Shown here: positions 49,445 to 64,000 of the stretch, in pieces
Position numbering within the stretch: the first letter of the stretch is position 1
How the letters are laid out: each line of letters begins with the position of its first letter
From: Chrysomallon squamiferum
Taxonomy: Eukaryota > Animalia > Mollusca
Direction: 5' to 3'
DNA length: 64,000 nucleotides
NCBI GenBank assembly: GCA_012295275.1
Contig: CM022670.1
Location: 36,146,001 to 36,210,000, forward strand
Position numbers and translations under genes: made by a program
Notes under the pieces: generated by a model
Database searches by the model: none
Seen by the model: the letters and a program-made list of their open reading frames with translations, nothing else
What the model was told of the DNA's origin: nothing

Positions 49445-49886
49445 TATGACTTTAATAACGGTTTAGAGTTAATATTGTTGACAAAGTGCTCAGATCTGCT
49501 CGCTGGTGAGATCACTGAACCAATTCGCCAGGGTCGAGCTCAAGAGGGGTACTCACTGATCCACCCGTTCATAACTTATCTTATCAGAACATTTAGTAAC
49601 TAATGTTAAAAATGACAATGATAAATATTACCTTTAATATGTCGATAAGTATTCATAAGTATCACAAACTGTCCAGACGTGAAAGATTTTTGTTCATTGA
49701 AACGAGTGTTATATATTTCACGTGGTATTTTTGTTTTGTTTTCTCCAGACGACACTGCCCTATAAATACATGCATCGACAAGAAACTTGGCAACATTCCA
49801 TGTTCTAGACTAACGCTCAAAAGTGTTAATTAATTTAATATTGTTTGCACCTTTATTTGATTCCAGGATTTATTAAAAATAATAAA

Positions 49887-49922
<36 letters not shown>

Positions 49923-52900
49923 AAAAAAAAATAAAAAGATCAATGAACGCAGTAACACAGGGATCTCAGTGAACTTTTTACCTTTGATTTTTAATATAAA
50001 TCTTCTACTGTTCCATTCTGAAAATCGTCTAAGCAAGGTGTTATTATTGTTAAGAAATAATAGGCACCATGTTCGTAACTGACAACATACTTCAAAACAA
50101 AATGATAATTAATCACAATTTGACCAGTTTAATGTTTAATTTTCTCAGTTAATTTCTTTTTAGAGTAAGAGGTTTATAAAAGATGAATATGTGTATTAAG
50201 AGGACTAAGATCAACTGACATCATAATAATACATATGCACTTGTATATTACATATGACACATACACACTCAATTAAATATTTAAGGATATCTAACAGTAT
50301 AACTTAACAATAAATAAATAAAATAAATAAATTAATTAATTTAAAAATATATTAATAATACTCCCCTCTACAAATAATTTTGCATGAAAATTAGCAACAT
50401 CTCCAAGAGTCGATTTTGATTTTTTTATACAATGTATAATATATCTGTTAAATATTAATTCAACCATGCTGTTAGTTCATAACATATACTCTAAATATTA
50501 ATTTTATAAAGAGAAAATTTATAAATGATTATAAAAATTACTGCTGTTTTGGAATATTATGTACACATGTAAGCATGCCTAATATACTACATATTATAAT
50601 TACTAACTAGCACAAGTTTACACAAAGCATAACAAACATTTTCTTTAAAAATATTATTTATTTTGGTTCCTTTTCCATATATTACACTATTATGTGAATA
50701 ACATCATTTACTCTCAAGGTCCATTAACATGTTGCTATTAACAAATCTGCAGCATTTTATATAAAATAAACAAATCAAGCTAAAGTAAAATTTAGATAAG
50801 AAATGATTAACAGCAATATATTGTAAAAAGCAAAAATAACCCTGCTTCATTGTACTGGAATGTGTAGTCGTTTGATATAAGACAAAACAGTACCTTTAAT
50901 GGGATGCTTTACTACAGAAACATTTCAGTGTTCAAAAATGGCGAATATGTAAATAAATATTTTATAAATTTTAATAGATTCATTTATTTATTTATTACCA
51001 TTACAATATGGATACAAAATTACTTTAAAATTCAGAAAAGGTGAAAATCAGAAATGACATTTTATATTTGCATAAACCAATGATTTTACAAAGTATTATT
51101 TAAAAAAATTTCATTTCAATTCTGAATTTGATATTTAATAATTATGAACAAAATCCAGTTTGAAGCATTATTATCTTTTTATATCTTACTGATAACAAAG
51201 TTCAGTTTTTAATTAATTTTTTTTATTTTATTCTTGTTATACATATATTTTTAATGTTTTAGTTTTACAGTTAGTGCTTCTAGCTAGTATTTAACTAAGA
51301 ACCAAATATTTAATGACACAAAAGTTTAGAAGAGGTTATGTATTAAGGTGTTGTTATTTGTTAGAAGCAGCATCAATTGTCAAGCTTTGCATTAAAAATA
51401 ATGATTGTCTTCTGAGGTTCTTTAATTTACTGGGTTTTTTTTATTTAGTAACTAATTATTAAAAGGACAGGTTTAACAATCAGCAACTGATTATCATAAA
51501 GATAAGTATGTAACATTTTGTTATACAGAATACAGTGTTAGGAAACTAATGCTATGCATTCAAAATAAATTTACATCATTATAAATATTTCTAACTATAA
51601 CAAAATGTAAATAATTATATAAATAAAAACATAAGAAAGATAATCATTGTTCAGTTTAACATAAGATTAAAGGCACTTTGTAACTGAATATTTTTGTTAC
51701 ATTTGTGTTAAAATCATGAAATTAACTTTAAGAAAATGTCAACATAAAATTATTAATCATTTTATTAACCGTATGAATTAATCAAGAGAAAGATAAAAAT
51801 GTTCAAATCATAATTATACATATATTGTATAAGGAGACAGAATTTTGTTTTAATAAATTTGACACACTGTAAGTAAGTTATCAGGATAAAAAAAAAAAAA
51901 AAAAAAAAAATGCATTCAACAAGTACACATTTTAAACAATGGTCATACCTGTATGACATGTAGCCTTTCTAAAAATTATAAACAATACATTTTTTACAAA
52001 TTGATGACAATGTTCCCATATTTAAAATGTTATAAACAAAAAATATTAAAAAAAAAATAGAAAGCTTATGTACATCAATGTTTACAGAAATGACAGTTGT
52101 AATTCTGATAATAACAAAAGTGAAACTTTTGTAAAGAATTATGCCAATGCAAAAATATAATAACCTTTAACAGATTCCCATAAAAATATGCAAAAACAAA
52201 ATATTCCTCACAATATGCCACATAAAATACTGCCAATTTTTTCATTTCTTTTTTTCCCTGACATTTAAGCAGAAAAACAAGCAAAAACAGATATGAATAT
52301 GTTATCACATCTTATATTTACATTTCAAATGGTTATAAAAGAAAATATGCATATATAATAGAACTGAATCAAAAAATAAGAAATATATTTAAAATATAAC
52401 TAGAAACTTTTATTAATTTTTTTGTCTCCAGTATTTTAGTTGCATACAAAACCATGCAGGAAAATAAAAATTAATTCATGTCAAATCTCAGCAGTTTTGT
52501 GCTATTTAAGGACTAACCAGATTTGAAGGCGATTATCAGTTAATGCATGCAAAATATTTTTTAAAAATGATAATTATAATAATAAATTAAACAAAACAAA
52601 AATATATAAATTTTTATAATTGAGCAGCATGTCATTCACAAACAAATATATTTTTATGTTTTTAATTGCAGATTGCTTAAAGCTGTAAAAATTTAAATAT
52701 ACACATTGATACATGTGTAAGCTTAAATCATTTGACTAGAGACTGAAACAATTTTATTTTGGTGTAATAAATATTTTCATCAATATCAAAAAAAAAATAT
52801 AGTTTATGCTGAAGGTATTTGATTTATATATATTTAGTTTCTTACATTTTACTTACAGTGAAAATGATAATATTTAAATAAAAATTGTTATACATTTTTT

Positions 52901-54920
52901 TTTTTTTTTTTTTTTTTAAATTATTTATAGTGATTATCTGCAGTTAAGAAATAATTTTTCTATACATTTGCTTTATTCCCTGTAGCTCCCTGTAAAGGTG
53001 TATGTTAGTAAGTTAAAGTGAAACATAAACAGTAGGAAGCTGAACTGCATTCATTTCATAATGATTTTGAGTTACTCAGTAAAAACACAAAGTTACATTT
53101 ATTTCATTACATTTGACGGTGATGTAAAATTATATCATTGTTAGCTGACTCTAACATATGTACACTGTCACAGGACAGTTCTTCTTTCCATTCTTTATGT
53201 AGTCTGTGTAAATAACACTTCAGCACAAATGATATTTACATAAAGATAACCGTATTAATGTTTGTATTACATACACAATGTTTTAAGTACATACACACAC
53301 ATATATATATATTAGATGTTGACAACATGACTTACGATATTCATAATATATTTTTCTATTTTATTTTTTTAATTTTTTTTTTTAAATTATTCATGGAAAA
53401 TAAGAAAATGAAAAAAAAAAAAAAAAAATGCAAATAAACAACACGTTTCAATGGTAATTAAAATATAAAGCACAATGATAGCCACTGAAAACAACAATAT
53501 ATATAATTAGATATATAGTTTTCATTTAATAAAGAATTTAACAATTTACTTTAAAAAAAGAAGAAAAAAGTGAGATGCAAAAGAAATAAACATGTTTCTG
53601 GAAGTGTTCAGAAACAAAATATAAGTCTAGCAATATTAACTGTGACTGTTTTTCTATTTTCAATCTTTCATTTTGGACATACTGTGGCAGTTAAGTTATT
53701 TGGGTCCAGTTAGCTGCCATACAATAGTTAATTCTTGAATATTATTCAACAGCAATCATTCAACAATAAAAATAACACTTTGTACAGGTTAGTTTTAACG
53801 AATATAAAATTTACCAATAATTCTTTTTTACACAAAAAAAAAGGTCTGTGAGCACACCTATAAATATATGAAAATAGTTTTGATTTCTTTTTGAATATCT
53901 GAAACTTTTCACACAAAAAATCAATGTTCAGTGCATTAATTTTTGCAAAATAAAAGGTTTGTGAACTCTTGGCTTTTATAATCAGTTACTGTCATGTTTA
54001 CAAAACCAAACTTTACAAAAGGCATTTCACATTTCAAAGCACCTATTACACAAATAAATAAGCAATCAGAAACAACTGGTGACAATGCTGTTACTGGTAA
54101 AATAAGTATGCTGAACCAAATTTAAAATGATATTTTTAAAAAAGATAATTTACAATAAAAAATAAACTTGCATTTATGTGACCATGTATTGAAAATAAAA
54201 CAGAATTATTTTTTCTCGTTAAAATCATAAATGAAATTCTTGTAGTACCTAGGCAAAAGTACTAACTAGATTAAATTTCTAATTAGTGTGATTCAATTAT
54301 TATTTTTTAAAAGAAAAAAGACAAACACCCCTCCTACATACCTTCAAAAAAAACTCCAAACAAACAAAAAGCAAAGAAAGACTGAAACAAAAACTGTCAG
54401 AATAGCAGAAAAAGTACAACAATAAACACTGTCATGTAACAATGTTGTCATTACCTAAAGTACAAACAGATAACTTTTAAATTGCCTTTAAAAGCCTTTC
54501 ACCGTATTCCATTTGTTATATATAACTAACAGACAAACAGTGACAAAATAAATCATGTTTTTACAATGCTATTTCCAGAACAATTTTGCATAGATCCATT
54601 GATTTGCAATTTAACGAGTAAGACACATGTAATAGAAATGTGCTTGTTAACACCTGCTCCAATTATAACCTTTATTGCTTATAGCACTTTAACAAAAACA
54701 GCAATAACTAGGCCACTTTAAAAAATAGTAACAGGCATATTATTTTATTCATGAACATTTTTTCAAAAATTAAATATTACATTTCCAAAATTATCACTTA
54801 AGGTTTCATTAAATACAAATTTCATATACCAAATAAATAATTTTTCCCCTGCATTACAAAAAATACCAAAAAAAGAATTAAAAGTCTCTATCTGTACAAG
54901 AAAATTATACATGCTACTAG

Positions 54921-57900
54921 TTAATCTAATGGTACATCCCAGTCTTTTAAAACCTCAGTGGTATTCATGTTAGACCATTTCCACTTCTGAGTGTTTGAGC
55001 TTTCATCACATGGATTCATAAACAGTTCATGACTGCCTATATCACAATCCAAACACTGACCACTAACAGGGTGAAATATTTGAGAGGTTGCCTGAAACAA
55101 ATATTTTATTTCTATACATAACACTATTTTTTTTTTACATTTTGATAAAATATTGTTTTGGCAAAATTTATGTTAATATTAAATATAAAAGTAGTAGTAG
55201 ATATTTCTGTGATATAAAAATAAAAAAGAGAAATAAAAAGGTAGCTGCTATATTTAAAATTTTTTATTTTACTTGTATATTGTTATTGTTATTGAAAACA
55301 TAATCAGCTCTATATTCATAATTAAAATGATTTAATAAATTTAATAAAAATGCTTAATGAAATATGTGATAAATTCCTTGCTAAAATGATTTATGAATCT
55401 TATTTCTATTATATAAAAATCAATGTTAAAATATTTTTTATTTCTTAAAGATTCTTTTACCAAGTTATACCAATACCTACAAAATATGAAAGAAACAAAA
55501 AATTATAATCACCACTTTATATTTGAATCTTTGATTTCCTTGCATGTTATGACATGCAAAGAGAATAATAGGAGCTTTTTTAATGGACTGTGAAACATCA
55601 AAGCAAACATTCCGTTTTTTTGGTCGAATATCCTTGTGCCAAGAAAACTCAAATGTCTGAAAATAAGACCAATAATTAAAGTAATAAGTAACTGCAAGAA
55701 TTTTCATTAAGTATTAGCTATGAATATATATATATATTTATATATACACACATATACAGTTGTATCGTGAGTTTAATTTGTTCCATGACCAAGGTTGTAA
55801 TTCAATTTGCTTGTATATCAAATCAATTTTCCCCAACTGAAATTAATTGAAATAACATTAATCCATTCCAGCCCCCCAAAAACAACCCCAATATTTTGTA
55901 ACTTGTTTTTAAATAAGAAAAATGTATTTATAAATGACAAATATTGTATAAAACCAAAATAAAAGAGAAGTAAAGAAATAAACTGGTTTTGTAAAGTGTA
56001 TTTATCTTGGAGATCAGACAAATTATTTTAATGTCATTGGCTGGAGCTACAGCCTTTATAGACTCCTTCTGCTTCAGTATGGTACACATCATAGAAGTAC
56101 TATGCTCATACTGCCCAGCCAAGTTGACTACATGCACACCTCGCTCATGTTTTTCTATGATTTCATGCTTTAATTTAATGGACATCATCTGCTTCTTCTT
56201 CTCAACATTATGTTTCCATTCACTTTCTTAGGATGCTGGGCAGTAAAATGTTTCTTGCACCAACTAGGGATGCTAGGCAGATGTTTCTTGCACTAGTGGC
56301 GACTCATAACTCGGATTTTGGTTCGGAACTTAAAACAAATAATGACCGGGCGACTGCTCATAACTCAGAAAAATTGTAAGTTGGAGCATTTTTAAGTCAA
56401 GGTACCAATGTATATATACATATTTATATATGTTACTGTTTTTAAATCAATATTCTTATGGGATATATAGTTAATAATAAACTTTTGATTTTACACTAAG
56501 AAACTGGTGGTTTTCTTGTAAAATTGGCATTTGTGCTTTTGTCTTTATCTAAACATTTGTATTATAATTCTGATTTGGAACATTTTTTTTTTAGCTTATT
56601 TTATAAAACAAATGTTATGGATAAAAGTAAATATTCTTACTGACATGTTAATCCCTTTTATGAAGCTTATAAAATAAAGTATGTACCTGCTCCCCATTAG
56701 CACCCTGTCCATCTTTAATGCATGGCTCTAACTGAAATCTCTCATTGGCTCCCTTGAAGCGGGTATCAATACAGAGTTGTCCAGCCATGCTTCTTATCTG
56801 ATAAAAAAGAGAAAAACATATTCATTTTTTTTTATATAATTAGGAGATTCAAAAATCAAAAGGTATTAAAATCATTCGTTGTCACATTTAGTTTTATTTT
56901 ATTCCAAATAATCAAACAATTTTACACGTGTATAAGGAAAAATAATTTGTTCATCTGGGGATGTAGTCTCAGCTTACAAGTTTGTTTCTATAGAGCTCTA
57001 TTAATTTTAACAATAAGAAAAAAAATCTTCAGAAACTCACCTCTCCTTCAGCCATTGGTTTTGGTTCAACTGGAGGATATACCTTCACAAGGTCAAATGC
57101 TATCTCCGTCATGAACCACTTAAAAGGTTTGCAGTTTAATTTTTTCCTGATAGCCAGCTGCGCTGATATATCTCCTGGATCTACATTTCTGTAGTGAGGT
57201 CTTCGTTTGTATATGTATTCAGCATACTCATCCATCCACACATCAGCAACCCGTCTGTAGTTCTACAGTTTAAAAAACACCCATATTTAATGTACGCTAT
57301 GCAAATATTGATGCAGCTGTTTATCACTGTTCAAATCTAATAAATTCAAACACACACAAATGAAAAAAATAATAATAATAAACAAAAAAATATTTTAATT
57401 TAATTAAAATCTATATTAAATATCATTGCTGTTGTTTTTGTAAGTATTTATTAGTGAAATGACTTACACGTCCAATGAAATCTCCAACTCCAGGATTTGG
57501 GAAAGGTGCAAATTTTCTGTAAATGTGACCTATTCTTGAACAAGGTGCATCAAGCATTTGCCCACCACACTGCCAGATCTGAAATGAATAAATCAGACTA
57601 ATGATAATATTTATAAAAATCACTGACATAAATATTACAAAAAATTATAAATGAATCAAATAACAAAAAAATATGTTAATATACATCACATTATTTAGTG
57701 TTAAAAATATATTAGTGTTTCATGTTCCTATAAAAATGTAAATAATGCAGGTGAAAAAAGATAATTTTATGACTTTGTATTGATTAAAAAGTTATGAACT
57801 TGCAGTACAACTACCTCTGTGTGCCTTTTTTGGTACAATGTCTATAAGAATTTAATATAATGTTGGTTAAATTATTTTAGAAATTGAAAAAATGTATAAA

Positions 57901-60900
57901 AAGTAAGATGCATGTGTGATCTTCAGACAAAAATATTTATATAAATTTAGATACTACATATATGAACTGGTTTAATTCTGACTGTTATTCCTAATTTTTT
58001 TAATTAAATTTAATAAAAAAAAGCATGCTTCCATCTTTGTTAACATATTTTGTATCTATCATTTAATAAAATAAATATATTTTGCCCCTAGGATGTAATT
58101 AGTGTATCTTACTTTCATACAACTACTGAAATGATTTTTTAATAGTTTGTTTTAATTTCACCTACCTTGAAAGACAACTCATATTGTTCACCCCCCAAAT
58201 ATCAAGACCTGGATCATAGCCTCCCAGTGTCCAGAACCATTCACGATCAATTGCAAACAATCCTCCAGCCATAACCGGACTCCTGAAACAAATCAAGATG
58301 TGTCACTGTAACTATGTGTTTAAAAACATTACTTACAAACAGCAAGCCAGAGATCAATATGAATGAATCAAGTTACACATCACTAATATTTAATCAATTA
58401 TCACAAGAACCATTTAAAAAATAATTATTGATAAAACATTTTTGCTTTTGATGTAAATTTTATGTAAAATTGAATTGAAATTTTCATACTTTCATTAAAA
58501 CTGTGTTAGTTAAAATACAAACTATTAAACAAGAAACTTTATGTCCATAACTGTTTTGTATTTACTGAATTTATTTTGAAGTTTGATTATTTTATTAAAG
58601 AAAGAAACATAATTTCAGAAAAACAAATTCACAGTTATAAAATTACATTATATTATTATTTCCCTTAAGAAACAGCTAATAATATCCACTTTAAAATATT
58701 ATATCAATGTTTCTAATGTAACAGAGATATGTGATAAATGTTAGTGAAATACAGACTTGAAAGGTTCTGAGGGATGCTGTAGGTCAGACTTAAGGAGAGG
58801 CAGTCTCTTGTAGAAAAGTTCCCAGTCAAAAGCACCTCTTGCTCCTTCATCTTGAGGTCTGTATGCAAATGTCTCATAATCAATAATGTCAATAAAAGGA
58901 CAAACCACTGTCCTTTTGTCCTGGGCTATTGGTTCTGTTCAAATAAAATATTCCAATTAATTAAATAAAAAAGCTTTTTTTAAAATCTGAATGAAGTTAA
59001 AATAATTAAAATAATAATAATAATAATAATAAAATAAACAAATAAGCATGTTGTTAATTTGATCATATGCTTCAAAATTAATATTTCAAAAAGTTAAATT
59101 TGGAATCTAAATCTAAGCTACTTTAGTCAATATTAATTAGGATTTTCTAAATCTAACGGAGCTGACATTTAGAAAACTTAACAATGTATAAATTTTATAA
59201 ATAAAGACGTTTTAATCTTTTTAAAAAAAAAATAAGAAAAAAGATCAAAAAAAAAAAAAAAACTAAATAAAGGGTAGTAAACAAACAAACAAAAAATAAA
59301 AAAAAAAATTGTCATACTCACCAAGCAATGGTGGTAGCCAGTTTGTATTAGCCTCACAATGAGAATCTAAGAAAATAAGAACTTCTCCGGTTGCATGTTT
59401 TGCTCCTAACAGTCGAGCCCTTATCAGCCCTTCACGTTTTTGAGCTCTGATTACTTTTACATTTTTGAAATGCTCTTTTACAAAATTGTCAAGTTTTTCT
59501 TTGAGAAATTCTTTAGTACTGAAATCATCAACAAGGAGAACCTCATGTATAAGATGTTTAGGTGCTCTGTTGATCACACTGTAGGCTGTTCTTAACAAGG
59601 TTGACCAGTGTTCATTGTGAAATGGAACTATAACACTGGCATTAGGCAGTTTGTTCAAATACTTTTTCTTTACGCAACTGAAAGATAATTATAAATAAAA
59701 CAGGTGTTATTAGTGTGCGTTAACATTCACTCACTCTGTACAAATTGTAATAGAAAAGCTGTTTTAAAAACAACAACTTAAGAGTGGAAATGAATATTTA
59801 TAATTAATAATTTGTTAACTACATTACATTTTGTTTTATATAATAAAAGAAAATCAGTAGTAGGTCATTTAAAAAACATAAATAAATCTATTATAATAAT
59901 TGTCCAATAATGATAAAATAAATTGAAATTACTTAGTTAAATAATCAGTAATAATTAACAGAAAATATAAATGAAGCCAGTTAAACTAACTGATTATGTA
60001 ATATCTAATGAGTTAAAAAGAAAAAACACAAAAAACCTTACTCTTTATGTCTAATATCTTTCACAGATCTTTCCAATGATATTTTATCACTTGCAAATGC
60101 ATTGAACCCATTGACTTTGTAAAGTTCCTCTTTTTTCTTTTCATCTTCTGAACTGAGAATTAATGCAGAACCTTGCTCACCAGGACCTAGAAAAAATAGA
60201 TCACTATCTCATCAACATAAACAAGCTGTCAGTCTAATGTCAAAGAAACCCCATCAGATGTACATGTATATATGCATATGCATACATATATATGTATGTG
60301 TATGTGTGCATGTGCATATACGTATATTTAACTGCTAAACTACCAACAGTATTATAAAAAGTGAAGTATGTGGGCAAAACTTTTGTCATTTTCGGCTATT
60401 TCTTTCTGTATATTTCTTTTTCTAAAATAAAAATTCTAAATATACCCAGTATTTATATATGGTCATATGTGGCTTGATGTGTTACTGTGTGTATTTATAA
60501 AGTAAATATATCAAAGTGGCTAAAAGTGAGTGTGAATGAACTTTGCATTTTTGTTACAGCTGTTTTCATTCCAAACTTTTAGAAATGTAGTCCTTTGGAT
60601 TATTCCTTTTTAAATTCATACTGTAAGGAATCCTTAAACAGAAAAGCATACCAGTTCTTGTCCGTTCCTGTTCAATAAATTTGTAATCATGCCAGTCTAT
60701 CTTCTTTAGTTCATTATCATTCATTTCCTACAAAAACAAAAGTATACTTTGATTACTTAATCTGCTTTCAAAAATAACATATCAAACTTATACAAACATA
60801 AATTATTTGAAGACATATTTAATCCTTTATTTTCATTCATCATTTATTCTCAGGTGCTTTTTTCATTTCACGTGAAAATATACTAATCCTAGTCAATATG

Positions 60901-60906
60901 TGTGTA

Positions 60907-60942
<36 letters not shown>

Positions 60943-61805
60943 ATTATTATTACTGTAAGCTTGATTACAGAACATTTTTTATAGCAAAGATTTACATATT
61001 TCATAAGCAAGTATTTTATTGTGTGCGAATAATTCAATACAGCAATAAATATGGAAATGAATATGCCTTTTTTACTGTGTTGTATATATTACTACTTTTT
61101 ATTTCAAAAATCTAAATAAATAAACATTATAAAGCTACATATTCCATTACTATTATAATTCCTAATCATATACTTATTTATATTATCAGTCTGAAAGATG
61201 TTTAAATTAAAATATCAATAATATAATTAGAATATTTTATAGTTTAACAAGTATTAACATCTAACATACATAACAGTAATAAAAAAATATATGATTTTAT
61301 CTGACCAAATGGTTTTTAGATTTGACAGTTTGTTAACTGTCACAGATGCATTTTATGACCTTTGTATTTGTTAAATGACAATAACATCAGTGACTTTATT
61401 TTTTATTCAGAATATTGGGTATTTGTTATCGATGAAAAAATACATACTGATTTTAGTTTAACTTACAAAGCAGTGGAAAATACTAAAAAATAATTTTTCT
61501 GTTCAGGATAATTTATTTTTTATTTATTTATTTATTTTTGTTGTTGTTATTGAAAGTATAATTTAGTTTCCTTTTATAACTGTGAGCACAAATTGTGTCA
61601 ACATCTCTGTAAAATGTGTGACAAGCTGTTTATTTAATAAATCCCAGTATGTGACTCAGAGAAAAAATTCGTCTTTTTTTTTATAACTGAATTACTATGT
61701 AAACAAAATCTGTTTTCACATGAACCACTGAATGGAATGTTACAGTATACACTACACAGTAATATTTTCTTAATAATAATATTTTTCAGTATTGCAATCT
61801 TTCTA

Positions 61806-61854
<49 letters not shown>

Positions 61855-62548
61855 TAATAAGAACAGTTAAATATGAAACAAATTACAGAAATAGATTTCA
61901 GGCCAACAACAATATACTAGTTTATACTGACTGCCTCGGGGATCAGTTGAACGTAGGTTTGTACCAATTATACTAGGTCCAAATGGCTGCTTATTAAATA
62001 GAATGTTTGCCTTAGGTGATTTAGCATCAAAATGTTGAAACTAATGATATGAGAATATGTAACAACTTGTAGTCTGCAGTTCCAAACCCTGTCTTTCTGG
62101 TTTCTTTATTTTCTGATAGTAACAATACAATTTAGATAAGAGTATTTTCACAAGACTCTTATTTTAGTAATTATAATAAGAATAAAAATGTTTCATGTTA
62201 GATGGCATTTAACAATTATTTCATACTGATTTATGAATATTTAACAATAGTTCAGACTACATTTGAACCATTTAATTTACATTATAAAAAGGACAGTAAA
62301 AAAATAAGCTGGGATCAAGAAATCATGTAAATGAGTACAAATACTGATATACATTAAAGTATAAATATTATATATATCAATATCCATCTGAATTAAATAT
62401 AACTGCTAATAATTTTAACTATTTAAAAATCACTGAAACTGTCCTTATAACAAGCTAGCAATATTTAGGCCTATTTATTATTAACCATAGTCTGTTTAAG
62501 TGTTACTTGATGTTTTAAAAATAACTGAATTCAGTTTTTGTAATCTCT

Positions 62549-62595
<47 letters not shown>

Positions 62596-63337
62596 GCCGT
62601 AACAATAAATTCAGTAAATCCAGATTAAAAAAACATTATAAAAAAAATGTAGTTTTCCAGCATTCTTGCCAAAACTGAAAAATATCCATATAGTTTTTAA
62701 TTATTTTTCATTTTTTAAATGAAAAACCTTCAAATAAAGTGTTAAAGCTTTCCAAAAAAATTGTTCTGCCTTTAATAATCACTACTTTGTCACATCTGAA
62801 TTTGTATGATGAATTGTGATAAATTTGTGCTGCTGGGCTTCATGGAACAAAGTTTCATCCATTGTTTAAACCTTTTTAATACACTGTCACATTAAACATT
62901 AAATACAGATACCTGAGCTTTCTACAAACACTATTAAATACACAACATACAAAATATAAAATAAAAATAAAAATCTTCCTTCTTACTTGGAAACATTTAA
63001 ATAAATGGACAATAAACAAGATTTTTAAAATGTATTTTTTTATTATTAATTTATTATGTGGCCTTATTTCATCATTATTAAATTATTTAAATAAAATAAT
63101 TAAAAAACTAAAATAATAATAATATAATAAAATAAATAAAATAAATAAATAAAATCTTACCTGAGATTCATGGTATTTTTCTCTTGGAAGTTTTGGTTCA
63201 ACTGGGAGTCCTCCTGTATCTATAAATGTTTCCTTTACTTTATTTTCAAACAAAAGTTTGAACGTCACTGGTCCTACTGCCACAAAAAATGCAGCAAAAA
63301 GTAAGTACTTTATAATAGTGACCGTATTTCGTCTCAT
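54921..63337 (-). CDS. GALNT10: Polypeptide N-acetylgalactosaminyltransferase, GALNT10/GALNTL6-like (type II membrane protein; GT2 catalytic domain plus ricin-B lectin)
   Basis: Exons 63337-63161 (TM helix), 60727-60652 (IDWHDY), 60186-60042 (GPGEQG...[16 protein letters not shown]), 59677-59322 ([16 protein letters not shown]...FLDSHCE), 58934-58757 (VCPFID...RGAFDW), 58282-58166 ([10 protein letters not shown]...[11 protein letters not shown]; 1-nt frameshift in a G run), 57578-57468, 57262-57041, 56797-56687, 55656-55513, 55091-54921. The family is certain; the subfamily assignment is from recalled motifs. Confidence 0.88.
55757..56410 (-). mobile_element. Tigger/pogo-family (Tc1-mariner superfamily) internal-deletion derivative in a GALNT intron
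   Basis: ORF 55928-56188 encodes a CENP-B/psq-type HTH ([36 protein letters not shown]). Imperfect TIRs CAGTTGTATCGTGA / TCAAGGTACCAATG are flanked by TA on both sides. Confidence 0.8.
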
Positions 63338-64000
63338 ATCTCTATATCTAGTAAAAATTGCAGATACTGAAAAGTATAAATAAATAAATAAATAAATAAA
63401 TAAATCAAATTATATAAAAATCAAATCTCGAAGCAGACGATCAAACATTCAAAGTCAATAAAAAGTTGAAGAAGTGTCAACTGTATGTCTGAATAAACAG
63501 TTAAATTTCCGAACGTGTTGCAAAAACCATTTCCAACAAATGGATTTACAGATAATACATCATACAAATGTATATATGTATATTAAAACATAAATAAATG
63601 CAGTCGACGTATTGGTCTGAACAGGTACTGTTTTCATTCAATCAGAACTCGTCCACTCACGATTCCATGGCCGTTTCGTTATTGTTAGTTTCCTTCAAAA
63701 ATATTGTGAGCACTTGCCAACATTTAACAAGTCAACCGTAGTACAGTTTTGATAAATTTATGAAATAAAACTTTTTTTTTTTTTCTCTAAACTTTCTATA
63801 AATTATATCGTTACTCATTTATTATTTTACAGTATTTCTTCAAATTCATGTCTAGAATCAATAAAATAATATGTTCAATCTGTTTTAAACATTTCTCATG
63901 ACAGAACAGATAGATATACTATCATATACTGTATGATATAGTTACATTTTAAAAGAAGTACTTTATAGGATGATCACTAAATAAAAAAATAATTTGAGGA

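Overview
AT-rich, intron-dense animal genomic DNA (invertebrate, plausibly a mollusc or other lophotrochozoan; the taxon is inferred only). I could splice four protein-coding genes by hand: the 5' part of ALKBH8 (minus strand, 8 exons, continuing past the left edge), a complete THOC2 (plus strand, about 39 exons, head-to-head with ALKBH8, ending in a U12-type intron), a 3-exon divergent MIF/D-dopachrome-tautomerase-like gene lacking the catalytic Pro-1 (minus strand), and a GALNT10-like polypeptide GalNAc-transferase (minus strand, 11 coding exons). The main non-coding signal is a 5.6-kb tandem array of about 28 complete pre-miRNA-like hairpins plus about 10 degenerate ones. The array lies antisense inside a >10-kb ALKBH8 intron, has a conserved 3' arm UAGCACUAGCAAAUGCUGGGAA, and is preceded by a candidate TATA/Inr promoter and first exon. 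Two THOC2 introns each hold a tandem cluster of 5-6 C/D-box snoRNA paralogues with guides matching 28S rRNA. Also present: a Tigger/pogo deletion derivative, two other candidate terminal-inverted-repeat (TIR) elements, a minisatellite, and two single-base homopolymer frameshifts that are probably assembly errors. All coordinates were read by eye; no folding or database search was run.
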